A stretch of 64,000 nt of DNA from an uncultured bacterium (GTDB lineage: Bacteria; Lernaellota; Lernaellaia; Lernaellales; Lernaellaceae), in contig CAZEDX010000005.1 in assembly GCA_964511015.1 (NCBI GenBank), positions 21,171-85,170 on the forward strand, in the 5' to 3' direction. A model generated the notes under the pieces. The model saw nothing but the letters and a program-made list of their open reading frames with translations, ran no database searches and was not told where the DNA came from. A program made the translations under genes and the position numbers. Positions 45,691 to 55,762 of the stretch are shown one piece after another; position 1 is the stretch's first letter; each line of letters opens with the position of its first letter.

Positions 45691-45828
45691 AGGGACTGTC
45701 TCCTGTCAAAAGGATTGCGTCGCCGACCCCTTCAGTTTGACGCCGGGAACACGCGGCAGGTTTCCCCACCCAGAGCCGCGCCGTCTTTCACACCACCCAC
45801 TCTACCACTACGGCCCGCCTTTAGGTGA

Positions 45829-45844
45829 GCAAGTGGTGTGCCAA
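45829..45844 (-). promoter_or_regulatory. Sigma-54 (-24/-12) promoter for the fliL operon.
   Basis: Minus-strand sequence TGGCACaccacTTGCt, i.e. + strand gcaagtggtgtgcca at 45829-45843. Exact TGGCAC-N5-TTGC spacing, ~140 nt upstream of the fliL ATG. Confidence 0.65.
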
Positions 45845-46147
45845 ACCGGCCCGTTCCCTGGGCCTCGAATCGAAACCGGCGTCGACATTCCGTCGAACAC
45901 ATTCCCGGGCAATATCTGTTTTACCAATAAGCGTTTACAATCCACGCCGATAGTTATCGGCATTACCTCCCGAAAGTTACAGACTAATTCCATACCCTTC
46001 GGTTGTCAAAACGAATCTGTAGTCGTCGGGATTTTGACGAATGAACTATCCGTCAAAGGCTAGTTCTTTTCGTACGATTGTCGGATTAGGCAGAAAAAAC
46101 TGACCCGCCCGACAAGGCGGATTCCGAATACTCTTGCCGACCGCCGC

Positions 46148-47452
46148 CTACCCGCTGCACCCGCCCGAGGCGTTAGAATTGCTGCCAAGAGCCGACGCAC
46201 CGTCCAAGGTGTCGTCGTCTGGGATCGTATCGTCATCAACTGTCGTGTCGTCATCAACAGTCGTGTCGTCATCGATGGTCGTGTCATCATCCACGGTCGT
46301 GTCGTCATCGATGGTCGTGTCATCATCCACGGTCGTGTCGTCGTCTACCGTGGTATCGTCGTCCACAGTTCCGTCATCGTCCGTAATTGTGTCGTCGTCT
46401 ATGATCGTATCATCGTCAACCAGATCATCGTCGTCGAACACGTCATCATCAATCGTATCATCGTCAATGGCGGTATCGTCGTCGATCAGGTCATCGTCTG
46501 GAATCGTGTCGTCATCAATCGTGTCGTCATCTGCGTTGTCATCGTCGGTGGTGTCGTCGTCACCGGGCTCTTCGACCGTGAATCCATCTGCCAATTCGGC
46601 GTATTCGTCGTCGCTGTTGATCACCCGAACAGTGTAGATACCCGGAGTAATGCCGGCGGGCACCGTCGCGGTGAGGATGTCCGAAGCAATTTGCACCACA
46701 TTTGTCGCCAGCGTGTAGCCAATCAGCACGGTCGCGTCTTCGTCGAAATTCGCCCCGGTAATGGTCACGGGAGTGTCCACATCGTTGGGGGCGTGGTTGG
46801 GTTCGATGCCGGTAACCTGCAACTCCGCAGAACTAAGGACGGTGTAACCCTCGACTAGAACGGCACTTCCTCCACCCATATTGGACACCGTCACGTCGTA
46901 GATGCCCGGCTCCAAGCCACTGGGCACCATGGCTTCAATGGTTGTCAGACTGCTGACCGTAACCGACTCCAGTGCTGTCGAGCCGATGGTAACGGTCGCG
47001 CCGTCCAAGAAGTTGGTGCCGGTAAGAACGACGGAAGTCGCCACGTTGTCGAGCCCTTGATTCGGCACGATCGACAGTAACGTCACATCCGAAGGATTGA
47101 TCACGGTATACGCTTCTGGCAGCACCGCCTGACTGAGTGTTTCGGTGATCAGGTACACATCGTAGACCCCCGCCGGGGCACCCGCCGGGATGGTCGCCGT
47201 GATCAGCTTATCGGTCACCACGGTGACCGCGGTACACTCGGTGGCACCGACCAACACGCGCGGGGTGCCGGCGAAATTGGTGCCACTGAGCACGATGTTC
47301 ACTTCGACGTTGTTGGCACCTTGGATGGGTTCGATGCTGGTCAGCGAAACCGTCGCGTTCCCGCCCGATGGATAGCGGGAAAAGTCCCGGCCGCACTGCA
47401 CCAAGATCACCAACAACAACAGGGTCGGCAGAATCGCCAGCGCTCGTTTCAT
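46148..47452 (-). CDS. Secreted IPT/TIG-repeat surface protein with a ~135-aa C-terminal poly-Asp tail ending SGGCSG.
   Basis: Signal MKRALAILPTLLLLVILVQC. Four IPT/TIG-like repeats (...GTNFAGTPRVLVGATECTAV...). Tail (DDDTTV/DDDTIx)n ...DDDTIPDDDTLDGASALGSNSNASGGCSG*. Confidence 0.7.
   Translation of the reverse strand: MKRALAILPTLLLLVILVQCGRDFSRYPSGGNATVSLTSIEPIQGANNVEVNIVLSGTNFAGTPRVLVGATECTAVTVVTDKLITATIPAGAPAGVYDVYLITETLSQAVLPEAYTVINPSDVTLLSIVPNQGLDNVATSVVLTGTNFLDGATVTIGSTALESVTVSSLTTIEAMVPSGLEPGIYDVTVSNMGGGSAVLVEGYTVLSSAELQVTGIEPNHAPNDVDTPVTITGANFDEDATVLIGYTLATNVVQIASDILTATVPAGITPGIYTVRVINSDDEYAELADGFTVEEPGDDDTTDDDNADDDTIDDDTIPDDDLIDDDTAIDDDTIDDDVFDDDDLVDDDTIIDDDTITDDDGTVDDDTTVDDDTTVDDDTTIDDDTTVDDDTTIDDDTTVDDDTTVDDDTIPDDDTLDGASALGSNSNASGGCSG
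46160..46560 (-). repeat. 18-nt and 15-nt tandem repeats encoding DDDTT(V/I).
   Basis: gtcgtgtcgtcatcaacagtcgtgtcgtcatcgatggtcgtgtcatcatccacggtcgtgtcgtc... read directly. At least 20 repeat units. Confidence 0.8.
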
Positions 47453-47464
47453 TGCCGTCCTCCG

Positions 47465-48448
47465 CTAAAACTGCCCGGCACAACCGAGCAAGAAAGCGCT
47501 TGGAGTAACATAGGGAATCAGTGTAATCCGAGTGGAATTCTCGGTGTCGCGGGCGAATTCGGCAGCCGGGTCAGTTAACAGAAGATAGGTGCCCGTACCC
47601 AGGAGAACCAGACTGGTTCCGCCGAAGATCATCCACATCCGGTCATATTCTTCCGTGTCATTCCGATAACGCACCAGATCGGCGCTCGAATCCGCGTCCT
47701 GGTATTGCTGATACGCATTGTAGCTCATGGTGAAGTAGTAGCCTGTTGTCACCGCCGAAACCGCCCCGGCCGAGAGCAAGCTGTATCCCCAGATCTGGCG
47801 TGTCGAAATCGTCGAAACCTCGACCGGGCCGTTGGCCTGGTAAATCTCATCCACGCGACCGACCGCCCCGGCGACCGCACGCTGGGCCAGCACACTAGCG
47901 GCCGGAGAGGTAACCGGCTCGCGCAAGGTCGGCGATCCACCGCGACCGATGAAGTATTCGCGCACGGACCAGATGGTTTCTGCCGAACCAACTTCGACCA
48001 TCTGAAACTCGATTTCGACTTCCGTCTGCGTCAAATTGGCTTGCAAGTAGCGGCGCATGACCCCGAAAATCACGCCGTCGACCTTGAGTTGCCGACCTAC
48101 ACGCACGGCCACTGAAGACGTGCCCTGGTACACCCAATCACGAGGCGATTCATACGACACGTTCAGCGCGTCACGAACGGCGTCTCCCGCCACCAGGTTG
48201 TACATTCGGCGTGAAGCCAATTCGGACAGGAATTGGTTTGTCACGTCGATGCTGATTTCTTCGCCGCCCTGCCCGCGCAAGTAATCCGGCACGACAATCG
48301 GCAGCACAGCCACCTTTTTAACATAATGCGAATTGATATCGTGAACCGCGAAGGGATCGATGGGAACCCGAATGATTTGCGACGTACAACCGAGTACCGC
48401 CGGCAGCAACAGAATCAACAAACAACACCAGTTGCATAGTGACTTCAT
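47465..48448 (-). CDS. Hypothetical lipoprotein.
   Basis: MKSLCNWCCLLILLLPAVLGCTS lipobox. The C-terminal third is hydrophobic, possibly membrane-embedded. Confidence 0.45.
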   Translation of the reverse strand: MKSLCNWCCLLILLLPAVLGCTSQIIRVPIDPFAVHDINSHYVKKVAVLPIVVPDYLRGQGGEEISIDVTNQFLSELASRRMYNLVAGDAVRDALNVSYESPRDWVYQGTSSVAVRVGRQLKVDGVIFGVMRRYLQANLTQTEVEIEFQMVEVGSAETIWSVREYFIGRGGSPTLREPVTSPAASVLAQRAVAGAVGRVDEIYQANGPVEVSTISTRQIWGYSLLSAGAVSAVTTGYYFTMSYNAYQQYQDADSSADLVRYRNDTEEYDRMWMIFGGTSLVLLGTGTYLLLTDPAAEFARDTENSTRITLIPYVTPSAFLLGCAGQF

Positions 48449-48482
48449 GGTTCCGTCCCTGCGGCCAGTTCCGCCTTGATCA

Positions 48483-49505
48483 TCAAATGAACTCGCTCCG
48501 AGCGGTATCGAAGACGCGTACGAACCGATCGTGCAGTTCGGCACACGCCTCTTCCGCCAGATGTAAACGCATCCTCCCCGGCTGAGCGGAGAGGTCGACT
48601 TCCTCGGGCTCCAACGCGCCGATTCCCGCCCGCCGGCACAAAGCTTCGCCGAGCGCCACAATCGGCACCACCTTTTCGTCATGTTCCAGGTCGTCCAGGC
48701 GATTCATGTAGTGAACCGTCATCGCCACGCGGTGCGGCATTGCCCACTTCTCGACCGTGAGTTCACCGACATCGACTCCGTACTGTTCGATGATTTCGTC
48801 GACAATCAACGGGGTTGGATGGAAACCAGCCCCCATCTTCCGTTGGGCTTCTTCGACGATTGTAACCGACACCATCTTGCCAATGTTGTGCATCAGGCCG
48901 CACAGAAAGGCTTCTTCCTTGTCGAAGTTTACCGCACCGGCGATGACTCGGGACGCGAAGGCCGTTCCAACCGAACGCTCCCACAACCGTTTGGCCAGTG
49001 GGCCGTACAGCCGGCTTTTAAAGATCTTCGTTTGCAGACTGATCGCCAACATGACGTTCTTAATCTCGGTCTGCCCCAACCTGACCAACGCCTGGTTGAT
49101 ATTGGTGATCTCGACGGCCGCCGCATAGACCGGGCTGTTGCAAAGCCGAATGATGCGGCTGGCGATGGTCTGGTCGGTCATGATGACTTTCGCCAGATCC
49201 TGCATGCTGCTGCCCGCATCACTGGTTAGCCGGATCACTTTAAGCGCTACGTGCGGCAGCATCGGCAGTTCGAAGTCCCGTTCGAGGATGCTTTGCACGA
49301 TCTTCTCGCGGAAGTTTTCTTCTTCCGGAGTCATTGTCCGCTCTTCTGTCGGGGGTAGAGGAGGAGCGGCAGCGGATTTTGGCGGTGGTGGCGGTGGTGT
49401 CGGCGGCGGGGCCGGCGGATTCGCGGGTTTGGGCGCTGTTACCACAAAAACCTGCTTACAATGCGGGCAGCGGACCTTGAACCGCAACGCCTCATCTTGG
49501 GCCAT
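48483..49505 (-). CDS. HDOD-domain signalling protein with an N-terminal zinc ribbon and polyproline linker.
   Basis: CPHCKQ zinc ribbon; PPAPPPTPPPPPPK linker; HDOD core ...LPMLPHVALKVIRLTSD...ASRIIRLCNSPVY...LMHNIGKM. Confidence 0.75.
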   Translation of the reverse strand: MAQDEALRFKVRCPHCKQVFVVTAPKPANPPAPPPTPPPPPPKSAAAPPLPPTEERTMTPEEENFREKIVQSILERDFELPMLPHVALKVIRLTSDAGSSMQDLAKVIMTDQTIASRIIRLCNSPVYAAAVEITNINQALVRLGQTEIKNVMLAISLQTKIFKSRLYGPLAKRLWERSVGTAFASRVIAGAVNFDKEEAFLCGLMHNIGKMVSVTIVEEAQRKMGAGFHPTPLIVDEIIEQYGVDVGELTVEKWAMPHRVAMTVHYMNRLDDLEHDEKVVPIVALGEALCRRAGIGALEPEEVDLSAQPGRMRLHLAEEACAELHDRFVRVFDTARSEFI

Positions 49506-49772
49506 TGGTCGATCCTTCCCCCGCACGCCGTTAGGCAAAGCCGAATAACCCGGATACTAGCCATCCGACGCACGGATCAAGCAAACGATGTGCCACCGTT
49601 CGAGCAAGCGAACGAAGCCTTTGATTTAACAAGGCTTGCTTGCATTGTACGACCTCGCGCCGGAATGAAGCAACGGGACAGAATTGCTTTGGTGTCAAAA
49701 AATCGACGGAACGATTCTGCCGTTCTTGCGGCGTAGCCGAAACCTCTGTTAGGTTGGCAAGAACTACTTGGA

Positions 49773-52679
49773 GTGCCTGTGCGGCGCCTTTTCATAGCCA
49801 TCGTAGCTCTTCTGTCGGTGCTGATCGGCCCCGGGTTGGCTTCGGCCTATCCCATGCGCCCGGCGGACCGCTTTCTCACCTTACGCACACCTCATTTCCG
49901 AGTCACCTATCCCTCCGAATACCGCTTCACCGCGCTCAAAACGGCAGTCATTGCCGAGGAGGTACTTCCGGAACTTTCGCGGCAACTCAAGTGGGAGCCC
50001 CGCGACATCATTGACCTGGTCCTTACCGACTACACCGATAGCGCCAATGGCAGCAGTTCGGTAACGCCGATTCCGGTTGTTAATCTCTTCATGGCCCCAC
50101 CGTTTGCCGATGATCGGCTGGACTACTGCGATGACTGGCTACGTCTGCTGATCACTCATGAACTCGCCCATTCGGTAAACCTCGACCAGGTCCGCGCCCT
50201 GCCGGCGGTCGGACGGGCCGTTTTCGGGCGGATCACACAAATTAACCAATTGCAGCCGGTGGCGTTCGTCGAAGGGACGGCCGTCCACGAGGAAACTCTG
50301 CTGACAACGCGCGGTCGCGGGCGTTCACCGGTGACGCTGATGATGCTCCGTGCCGCCGCGTTGGAAAACCGCTGGCCGACCCTCGATCAGATTTCTTCCA
50401 ACTCAACGCAATGGCCGGGTGGCGCAGGCCCATACCTATGGGGTGGGATGTTCCTCCATTTTCTTTCTCAACGGTATGGCGACACGGCGCTGGGGTTTTT
50501 CCATCGCAAACACGCAGGACAGGTGTGGCCATTTTTGTTCAATCACAACGCCAAACGGGTCTTCGGCCATTCTATGAACTGGCTCTATGCCGATTGGACC
50601 AAGCGTATGCGTCAAGGCTTCGAACAGCAAAAAGCGCGGATAGTGGCGGAAGGGATACAGGAAGGATCCCGCTTGACGAAGACAGGCTACTACCACTCGC
50701 GGCCGCGTTGGTTGGGACCGGACCGGCTCCTGTACGAGGAATACTCTGGCACACGTTCGCCGCAGATTAGGCAGATTGTCTTTACCCCCGCTGGTGTCCG
50801 CGACCAGATTCTGTTCATCACCCATGGGACCATGGGCACGGCTATCGCCGCCAACGGCGACGTGTACTATTCGGATAGTGAGCCGTGGGACCGCTGGCAT
50901 AGCGGCTTGGATATCTGGCGAAAATCGGCGGGGTCTTCGAGCCGAAAACGTCTAACAACTTTGGCCCGGGCCACGGAACCGGTCATCCTGCCTGGTCGTC
51001 CGGAAATTCTATGTATCACCCAGAAAGGCGGCCGTACTCGCCTGACCACCCTTCGCCCGGACACCGGGGAGTTGGTCAATCTGGTCGAATTCGCCAACGA
51101 TGCCGACTATGTTCAGTTCTCCAGCCCGGCCGCCGACCCTCGCGGCAATCGGATCGCTCTCAGTGTGTGGCACGACGACGGCAACCGCGACATCTTCTCT
51201 TTCGATCTGACCACCAAGGCCTTTCGTCGGCTGACGTTTGACCACGAGCAAGACCTTGATCCGTCCTTCTCTTCTGACGGTCGTTTCCTGTTCTTCAGCT
51301 CGGCACGAACTGGTATTTATAACATCTATGCGTTGGATCAGGTAACCGGCCATCTGTTTCAAGTGACGAATGTGTTGGGCGGTGCTTTTGCACCGGCGAT
51401 GGATCCGACCGGAACACGGCTGGCCTATATCGGTTACAACGGCAGTGGGTACGATGTCTATTGGATACCAGTTGACCAGGCCACCTGGCGAGAGGTCGAG
51501 CGAGAGACGATCGGCGAAGAAGCGCTGGTCGTCGGGCCGATAAGCAAACGAATCAACCAACTGGCCCGCGAAGCCGACTACCCAACGGAAGACTATGCCG
51601 CTTGGCGAACTGTGTGGCCACATTGGTGGTTGCCGGACTTCGCATTTGGCAGTGACAGTTTCTATCTGGGCTTGCAAACCAGCGGTGCCGACCCATTGCA
51701 CTACCACAATTGGGACTTCGCTGGGCAGTATAATTTCCGGCGCCAGTTCGTGATCGCCTCAGCCGACTACACCTACGCCGCATTGACGCCGCTATTGCAT
51801 GTCGGCGCCTCGCGGTCTGTGGAGAATCACGGTACCATCGCCGAAGACGACCAAGGTAATCCGACAGACTATTGGGAAGAACGCTGGCAAGGTCAGTTTG
51901 ACGTGATGTGGCCGTTGTACGCCCGACATTTTCTGATCGGCGGCTATCTGGGTGAATGGCGTGACATGCTGGAGAGTCTGTCGGACGCAAGTGATGAAGA
52001 GCCTTACACAGGCTATTGGTCGGGGTTGCGTTTCGGCTGGACTTACAGCAACGCCCGCAGCTATACACAATCGATCGACAACATCGACGGACTCTCTGCC
52101 ACCGTCTCCACCACTTTCTACGACCCGGTGTTTGGCAGCAAGTTCCGTCAGCAGATTGCCGCCGGACAATTCGCCAGTTTTATCCCTTTACCCCTGCGTA
52201 ATCACTCGCTGGTTTTCCGATTGAACACCGGCATCAGCTTCGGCGACCTGTTGCCACAGCGCACGTTTCTGCTGGGCGGCTTTTCGACCTCCAACGTCTT
52301 CGATCCGGTGGTCAACAGCGACCGCTGGGCTTTGCGCGGTTATGGCAGCGGATTCAACTCAGGCGACCGGGGGGGAACCGGTTCCGTCGAATGGCCGTTT
52401 CCCCTGTTCCGCATCAACCGGGGCATCTCCACTTGGCCAGTGTTTCTGCAAACGATCAACCTGGCTCCCTTTTATGACGTTGGATTTGTCCTTGATCGTG
52501 ACGAAGCGCTCGAAACGAAAGATCTGTTCGATAGTGTCGGAGCCACTTTCTCGCTCGACATGGTTTTCGTCTATCATTATTCTTTTCGCCTGATGACCGT
52601 CCTGGCCTACGGCTTGCGCGAGACTGACGGTGTCGGAGGTTTTCATTGGCTATTGTCAACCGGCATTCCCTACCTATGA
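49773..52679 (+). CDS. Large exported multidomain protein of 968 aa.
   Basis: Signal MPVRRLFIAIVALLSVLIGPGLASA. N-terminal domain with an HExxH metallopeptidase-like motif (LITHELAHSV). TolB-like beta-propeller region (...GIYNIYALDQVTGHLFQVTN...GTRLAYIGYNGSGYDVYW). C-terminal ~350-aa region rich in alternating aromatic/Gly beta-strands, possibly a beta-barrel. Confidence 0.55.
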   Translation: MPVRRLFIAIVALLSVLIGPGLASAYPMRPADRFLTLRTPHFRVTYPSEYRFTALKTAVIAEEVLPELSRQLKWEPRDIIDLVLTDYTDSANGSSSVTPIPVVNLFMAPPFADDRLDYCDDWLRLLITHELAHSVNLDQVRALPAVGRAVFGRITQINQLQPVAFVEGTAVHEETLLTTRGRGRSPVTLMMLRAAALENRWPTLDQISSNSTQWPGGAGPYLWGGMFLHFLSQRYGDTALGFFHRKHAGQVWPFLFNHNAKRVFGHSMNWLYADWTKRMRQGFEQQKARIVAEGIQEGSRLTKTGYYHSRPRWLGPDRLLYEEYSGTRSPQIRQIVFTPAGVRDQILFITHGTMGTAIAANGDVYYSDSEPWDRWHSGLDIWRKSAGSSSRKRLTTLARATEPVILPGRPEILCITQKGGRTRLTTLRPDTGELVNLVEFANDADYVQFSSPAADPRGNRIALSVWHDDGNRDIFSFDLTTKAFRRLTFDHEQDLDPSFSSDGRFLFFSSARTGIYNIYALDQVTGHLFQVTNVLGGAFAPAMDPTGTRLAYIGYNGSGYDVYWIPVDQATWREVERETIGEEALVVGPISKRINQLAREADYPTEDYAAWRTVWPHWWLPDFAFGSDSFYLGLQTSGADPLHYHNWDFAGQYNFRRQFVIASADYTYAALTPLLHVGASRSVENHGTIAEDDQGNPTDYWEERWQGQFDVMWPLYARHFLIGGYLGEWRDMLESLSDASDEEPYTGYWSGLRFGWTYSNARSYTQSIDNIDGLSATVSTTFYDPVFGSKFRQQIAAGQFASFIPLPLRNHSLVFRLNTGISFGDLLPQRTFLLGGFSTSNVFDPVVNSDRWALRGYGSGFNSGDRGGTGSVEWPFPLFRINRGISTWPVFLQTINLAPFYDVGFVLDRDEALETKDLFDSVGATFSLDMVFVYHYSFRLMTVLAYGLRETDGVGGFHWLLSTGIPYL

Positions 52680-54382
52680 TTGGCCGTTTTCTGGCAACCT
52701 GCACGGTCTTCGCGTTGTGCCTGGCCGCCTGCGGCGATCCGGGTTTGCCGCGGTTGGTTGACGACCAGCAAGCCGCCCGGCTGATCCAAGCGGTGCAACA
52801 GGCGGTTGACAATCAGGGACGCGACGAGACCCCGACCGGCACCGTCGCTGGTGCCATCGTCACGATCTACGACAATCACGGCAACCAGAGCAGCGCCGGG
52901 GTGTTTGGAAATGATCTCACCGCATGTGTAATCCAAGCGGCCACCCGTCTCGGGGTCACCGGAATCGAACCGACATTTGTGTCGGTCCATGTTCTCCGCG
53001 ACCTGCGGAAAGTCCGTTGGGCGCGACTGCGTGAAGCCGGCTTTGGCTATCACCGCGGACTATATGCGGTGGCGCGAGTGAGTGGCGGGAAAGCGCGCGC
53101 GTTCAGCGAGGTGGATATGCATGTGCGCGGACTGACGGTTGAGGCCGCGTTAAGCCGTCTGAACGACGGAAAAGGCACCGCACTCCATGGCAAGATGCCG
53201 GCGGACGGCGCCTATCTCGCCGCCACCGAATCGTTTACCAACGATCCCACCGGCCGACTGGTACGGTTGTATCGTGCGTCATCTCCGTTACCTTCGCTCA
53301 CCGGAAGCCAGATCGGAGCCTATCTTCTCTTGGGCGGAGACTACCTTTGCCGGCTATTGCAAGACGACAACCGCTTTGTTTACGAAGGTGATGTCGGCCG
53401 CGACACGACCACCAACAATTACAATCAGCTGCGCCATGCCGGCACCATCTATGCTCTCTACCAGCTTTACCAAGCCACCGGTGTCCCCACCTACCGCGAA
53501 ACCGCGGATCGAGCCTGGACGTGGTTGATGGCCCAGGTTCGGACCGACCGCGATTCGCGTGGCAACGTGTGCGCGTACACGGTCGAGGACGGCAAAATCA
53601 AACTCGGCTCTTCCGGACTGACCCTGATCGCACTCAGCGAGCGTTTACGCATCAATCGCAACGACGCCGATCTCGCCCTGGGGCGTCAGTTGGCCAACCA
53701 TATCTTGCGCAGTCAGCGGCCCAACGGATCACTCGCCAGCTATCACGCGTTGCCGGGGAAGAAAGCCAAACGCCAGCGCAGTATCTACTACCCCGGCGAG
53801 GCCATGTTGGGGTTGATTCGCTTCTACCAATTCGACCCCAATCCAGCCTATGTGAACGCTGTCGCCAAGGCGGCGGACTATCTGATCCACGATCGTTGGC
53901 GAGTCATCGGATTGGAGTTGTTCGTTCCGCCCGACGCCTGGTTGATGTTGGCCCTTAATGAACTGCACCAGGTTCGACCACAGGCGGACTACGCCGACTA
54001 CTGCCTCAAGCTGGCGGACGGAATGATGGCCGACCAATTGCTAGCCGATTGGCAGGTCCCCTACCCTGACTACCGAGGCGGCTATTTCCCCTATGCGCCG
54101 CAGGTCACCCCGGCCGGGTCACGCATGGAGGGTCTGACCGCCGCCTATTTGGTGGCCCAGCGGACCGGTCGCGACACCACCGCTCTTAAGCGCACCATCG
54201 CCGCGGCGGCCAGATTCCAGCTCCAATGCATGATTCGACCGGAGTTTGCCCATCTGTATCCGAAACCACAGATGGCCTTGGGCGCATTCCGCCACTCGCC
54301 GATCTCCAACCGGGTACGGATCGACTATAACCAGCACAATATTTCCGGTTTGCTGGTGGCGGCAAAAATTCTGTCGAACTAG
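52676..54382 (+). CDS. Lipoprotein with a probable alpha/alpha-toroid (terpenoid-cyclase/GH-like) fold.
   Basis: MIGRFLATCTVFALCLAACG lipobox. Start overlaps the upstream stop (ATGA). Repeated helical hairpin motifs. Function unknown. Confidence 0.45.
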   Translation: MIGRFLATCTVFALCLAACGDPGLPRLVDDQQAARLIQAVQQAVDNQGRDETPTGTVAGAIVTIYDNHGNQSSAGVFGNDLTACVIQAATRLGVTGIEPTFVSVHVLRDLRKVRWARLREAGFGYHRGLYAVARVSGGKARAFSEVDMHVRGLTVEAALSRLNDGKGTALHGKMPADGAYLAATESFTNDPTGRLVRLYRASSPLPSLTGSQIGAYLLLGGDYLCRLLQDDNRFVYEGDVGRDTTTNNYNQLRHAGTIYALYQLYQATGVPTYRETADRAWTWLMAQVRTDRDSRGNVCAYTVEDGKIKLGSSGLTLIALSERLRINRNDADLALGRQLANHILRSQRPNGSLASYHALPGKKAKRQRSIYYPGEAMLGLIRFYQFDPNPAYVNAVAKAADYLIHDRWRVIGLELFVPPDAWLMLALNELHQVRPQADYADYCLKLADGMMADQLLADWQVPYPDYRGGYFPYAPQVTPAGSRMEGLTAAYLVAQRTGRDTTALKRTIAAAARFQLQCMIRPEFAHLYPKPQMALGAFRHSPISNRVRIDYNQHNISGLLVAAKILSN

Positions 54383-54383
54383 T

Positions 54384-55700
54384 TCATTCCGGCAACGGCG
54401 AAAAGAATCGTGTTTGCCCCCAGGCAGCACATTCTTGTTCGGTCATCGTCGTTTCAGCACTGCGGTAGACGGAGAACTCGCCACCTCCCTGGCCGGCAAA
54501 CTCGGCCACCACCTCTTCGGTCTGACGATCGATGATCTGTCCAGAAATATGCGGAAACAGGATGAAGATGACATACCATTTCGTGGCGACAGTGGCATCG
54601 GACAGCATCGGTGCGTGTTCGGCTCCGACCTCGACGCTCGCTTCCACACGGTAGCGGTCGTTCTGCGCAACCACGAAGGCGTCCTTGGGTACGCACTGGC
54701 GCGCCGTGGTATTGAACATCCAGTGGTCGTGACGCCAGCCCAGTTCCCCATCCGAGGAGCGAAAATGCTCCAACTGCAGTTCGCCGTCATGATAGAAACC
54801 CAGATCGAGGTAGTCGAGATCGACCGATTCGTAGTGATAGGTCTGCCATGCCCAACTGACGCCGGCGTCGAGATCGGTGACTACCGCAAAATCCCAACCA
54901 CCCAGGTTGAACGCCCAACGGCCCCAGGAGTTCTCGCGGTAGCCGTTGCCGTCGATGATGATTTCGTCGCCGGACTGGCGATCGGTGATCGTCCCGGTCA
55001 CGCGCGTGCGTGGCCAGAGCATATCGACGTTCCACTTTTCCTCGTCCGGACGCAACACACCCACATCGTTGCCCTGTTCCGGCACAAAGGTCTGCTCTCC
55101 ATTGCTGAGCGCTTTCCACTCTTGGCTGACGCGGAGACTCCACTCGAAGTTCGTGGTGCGGCCGGCGAGAATCAAAGCGTTTTCGTCTGGCAGCGGCGTC
55201 ATGGTTCCGTAGTCGCCGGTGGCGGCGTTTTCCGCATGGAACTCGCGGAAGTCAGCCGACGCCAGAAAGCCCTCGTAACCGAAGTTGCGGTACTCGGCAA
55301 CACGTTCTCCGGAAGGCAGGCTCCCGGCAATCGCCACATTGCCCCCTTTCGGCACCAAGCTGCCGAACAAGTCCTCGCGGTTGCGCGGATTGGCGATCAG
55401 ATAGCCCACACTGCCGGTAAACGAGCCATCGGCGTTGTGGACCATAAAGTAGTCCCACTCGAAGCTCATGCCGTCGATTTCGCTTGGCGTCAGATAATCG
55501 TCACCAACGATGTGCCAGCCGGGCAGACCCCACCGGCCGGCGGCGCTGTCATCGTCGCTATCGTTATCGGCAACGGTGTCTTCATCAGCAATCGTGTCGT
55601 CGTCTGACGCTTCGGATGCGTCGTCGTCATCATCGACCGCACAGGAACCCAGACACAACGAGTAGAACAAGCACAGGACGAGCAACCATATTTTCATCAA
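54384..55700 (-). CDS. Lipoprotein with an N-terminal Asp-rich tether and a CrtC/AttH-like (lipocalin-type) domain.
   Basis: MMKIWLLVLCLFYSLCLGSC, then AVDDDDDASEASDDDTIADEDTVADNDSDDDSAAG, then ...SFEWDYFMVHNADGSF... The domain assignment is tentative. Confidence 0.5.
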   Translation of the reverse strand: MMKIWLLVLCLFYSLCLGSCAVDDDDDASEASDDDTIADEDTVADNDSDDDSAAGRWGLPGWHIVGDDYLTPSEIDGMSFEWDYFMVHNADGSFTGSVGYLIANPRNREDLFGSLVPKGGNVAIAGSLPSGERVAEYRNFGYEGFLASADFREFHAENAATGDYGTMTPLPDENALILAGRTTNFEWSLRVSQEWKALSNGEQTFVPEQGNDVGVLRPDEEKWNVDMLWPRTRVTGTITDRQSGDEIIIDGNGYRENSWGRWAFNLGGWDFAVVTDLDAGVSWAWQTYHYESVDLDYLDLGFYHDGELQLEHFRSSDGELGWRHDHWMFNTTARQCVPKDAFVVAQNDRYRVEASVEVGAEHAPMLSDATVATKWYVIFILFPHISGQIIDRQTEEVVAEFAGQGGGEFSVYRSAETTMTEQECAAWGQTRFFSPLPE

Positions 55701-55762
55701 CCCTCCGGAGAGCGGGTATGGCTCTCCTGGTCTCGCGGCCCTCGGTGGTCAAGTTCGACGCG

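Noticed and set aside
9405-47452. Interpretation of the C-terminal tails as MYXO-CTERM, GlyGly-CTERM, PEP-CTERM or LPXTG sorting signals.
   Set aside because: All those signals have a hydrophobic TM helix and basic residues after the motif. Here the protein terminates immediately after G-C-G-C with no TM segment, so they do not fit and the tag appears distinct.
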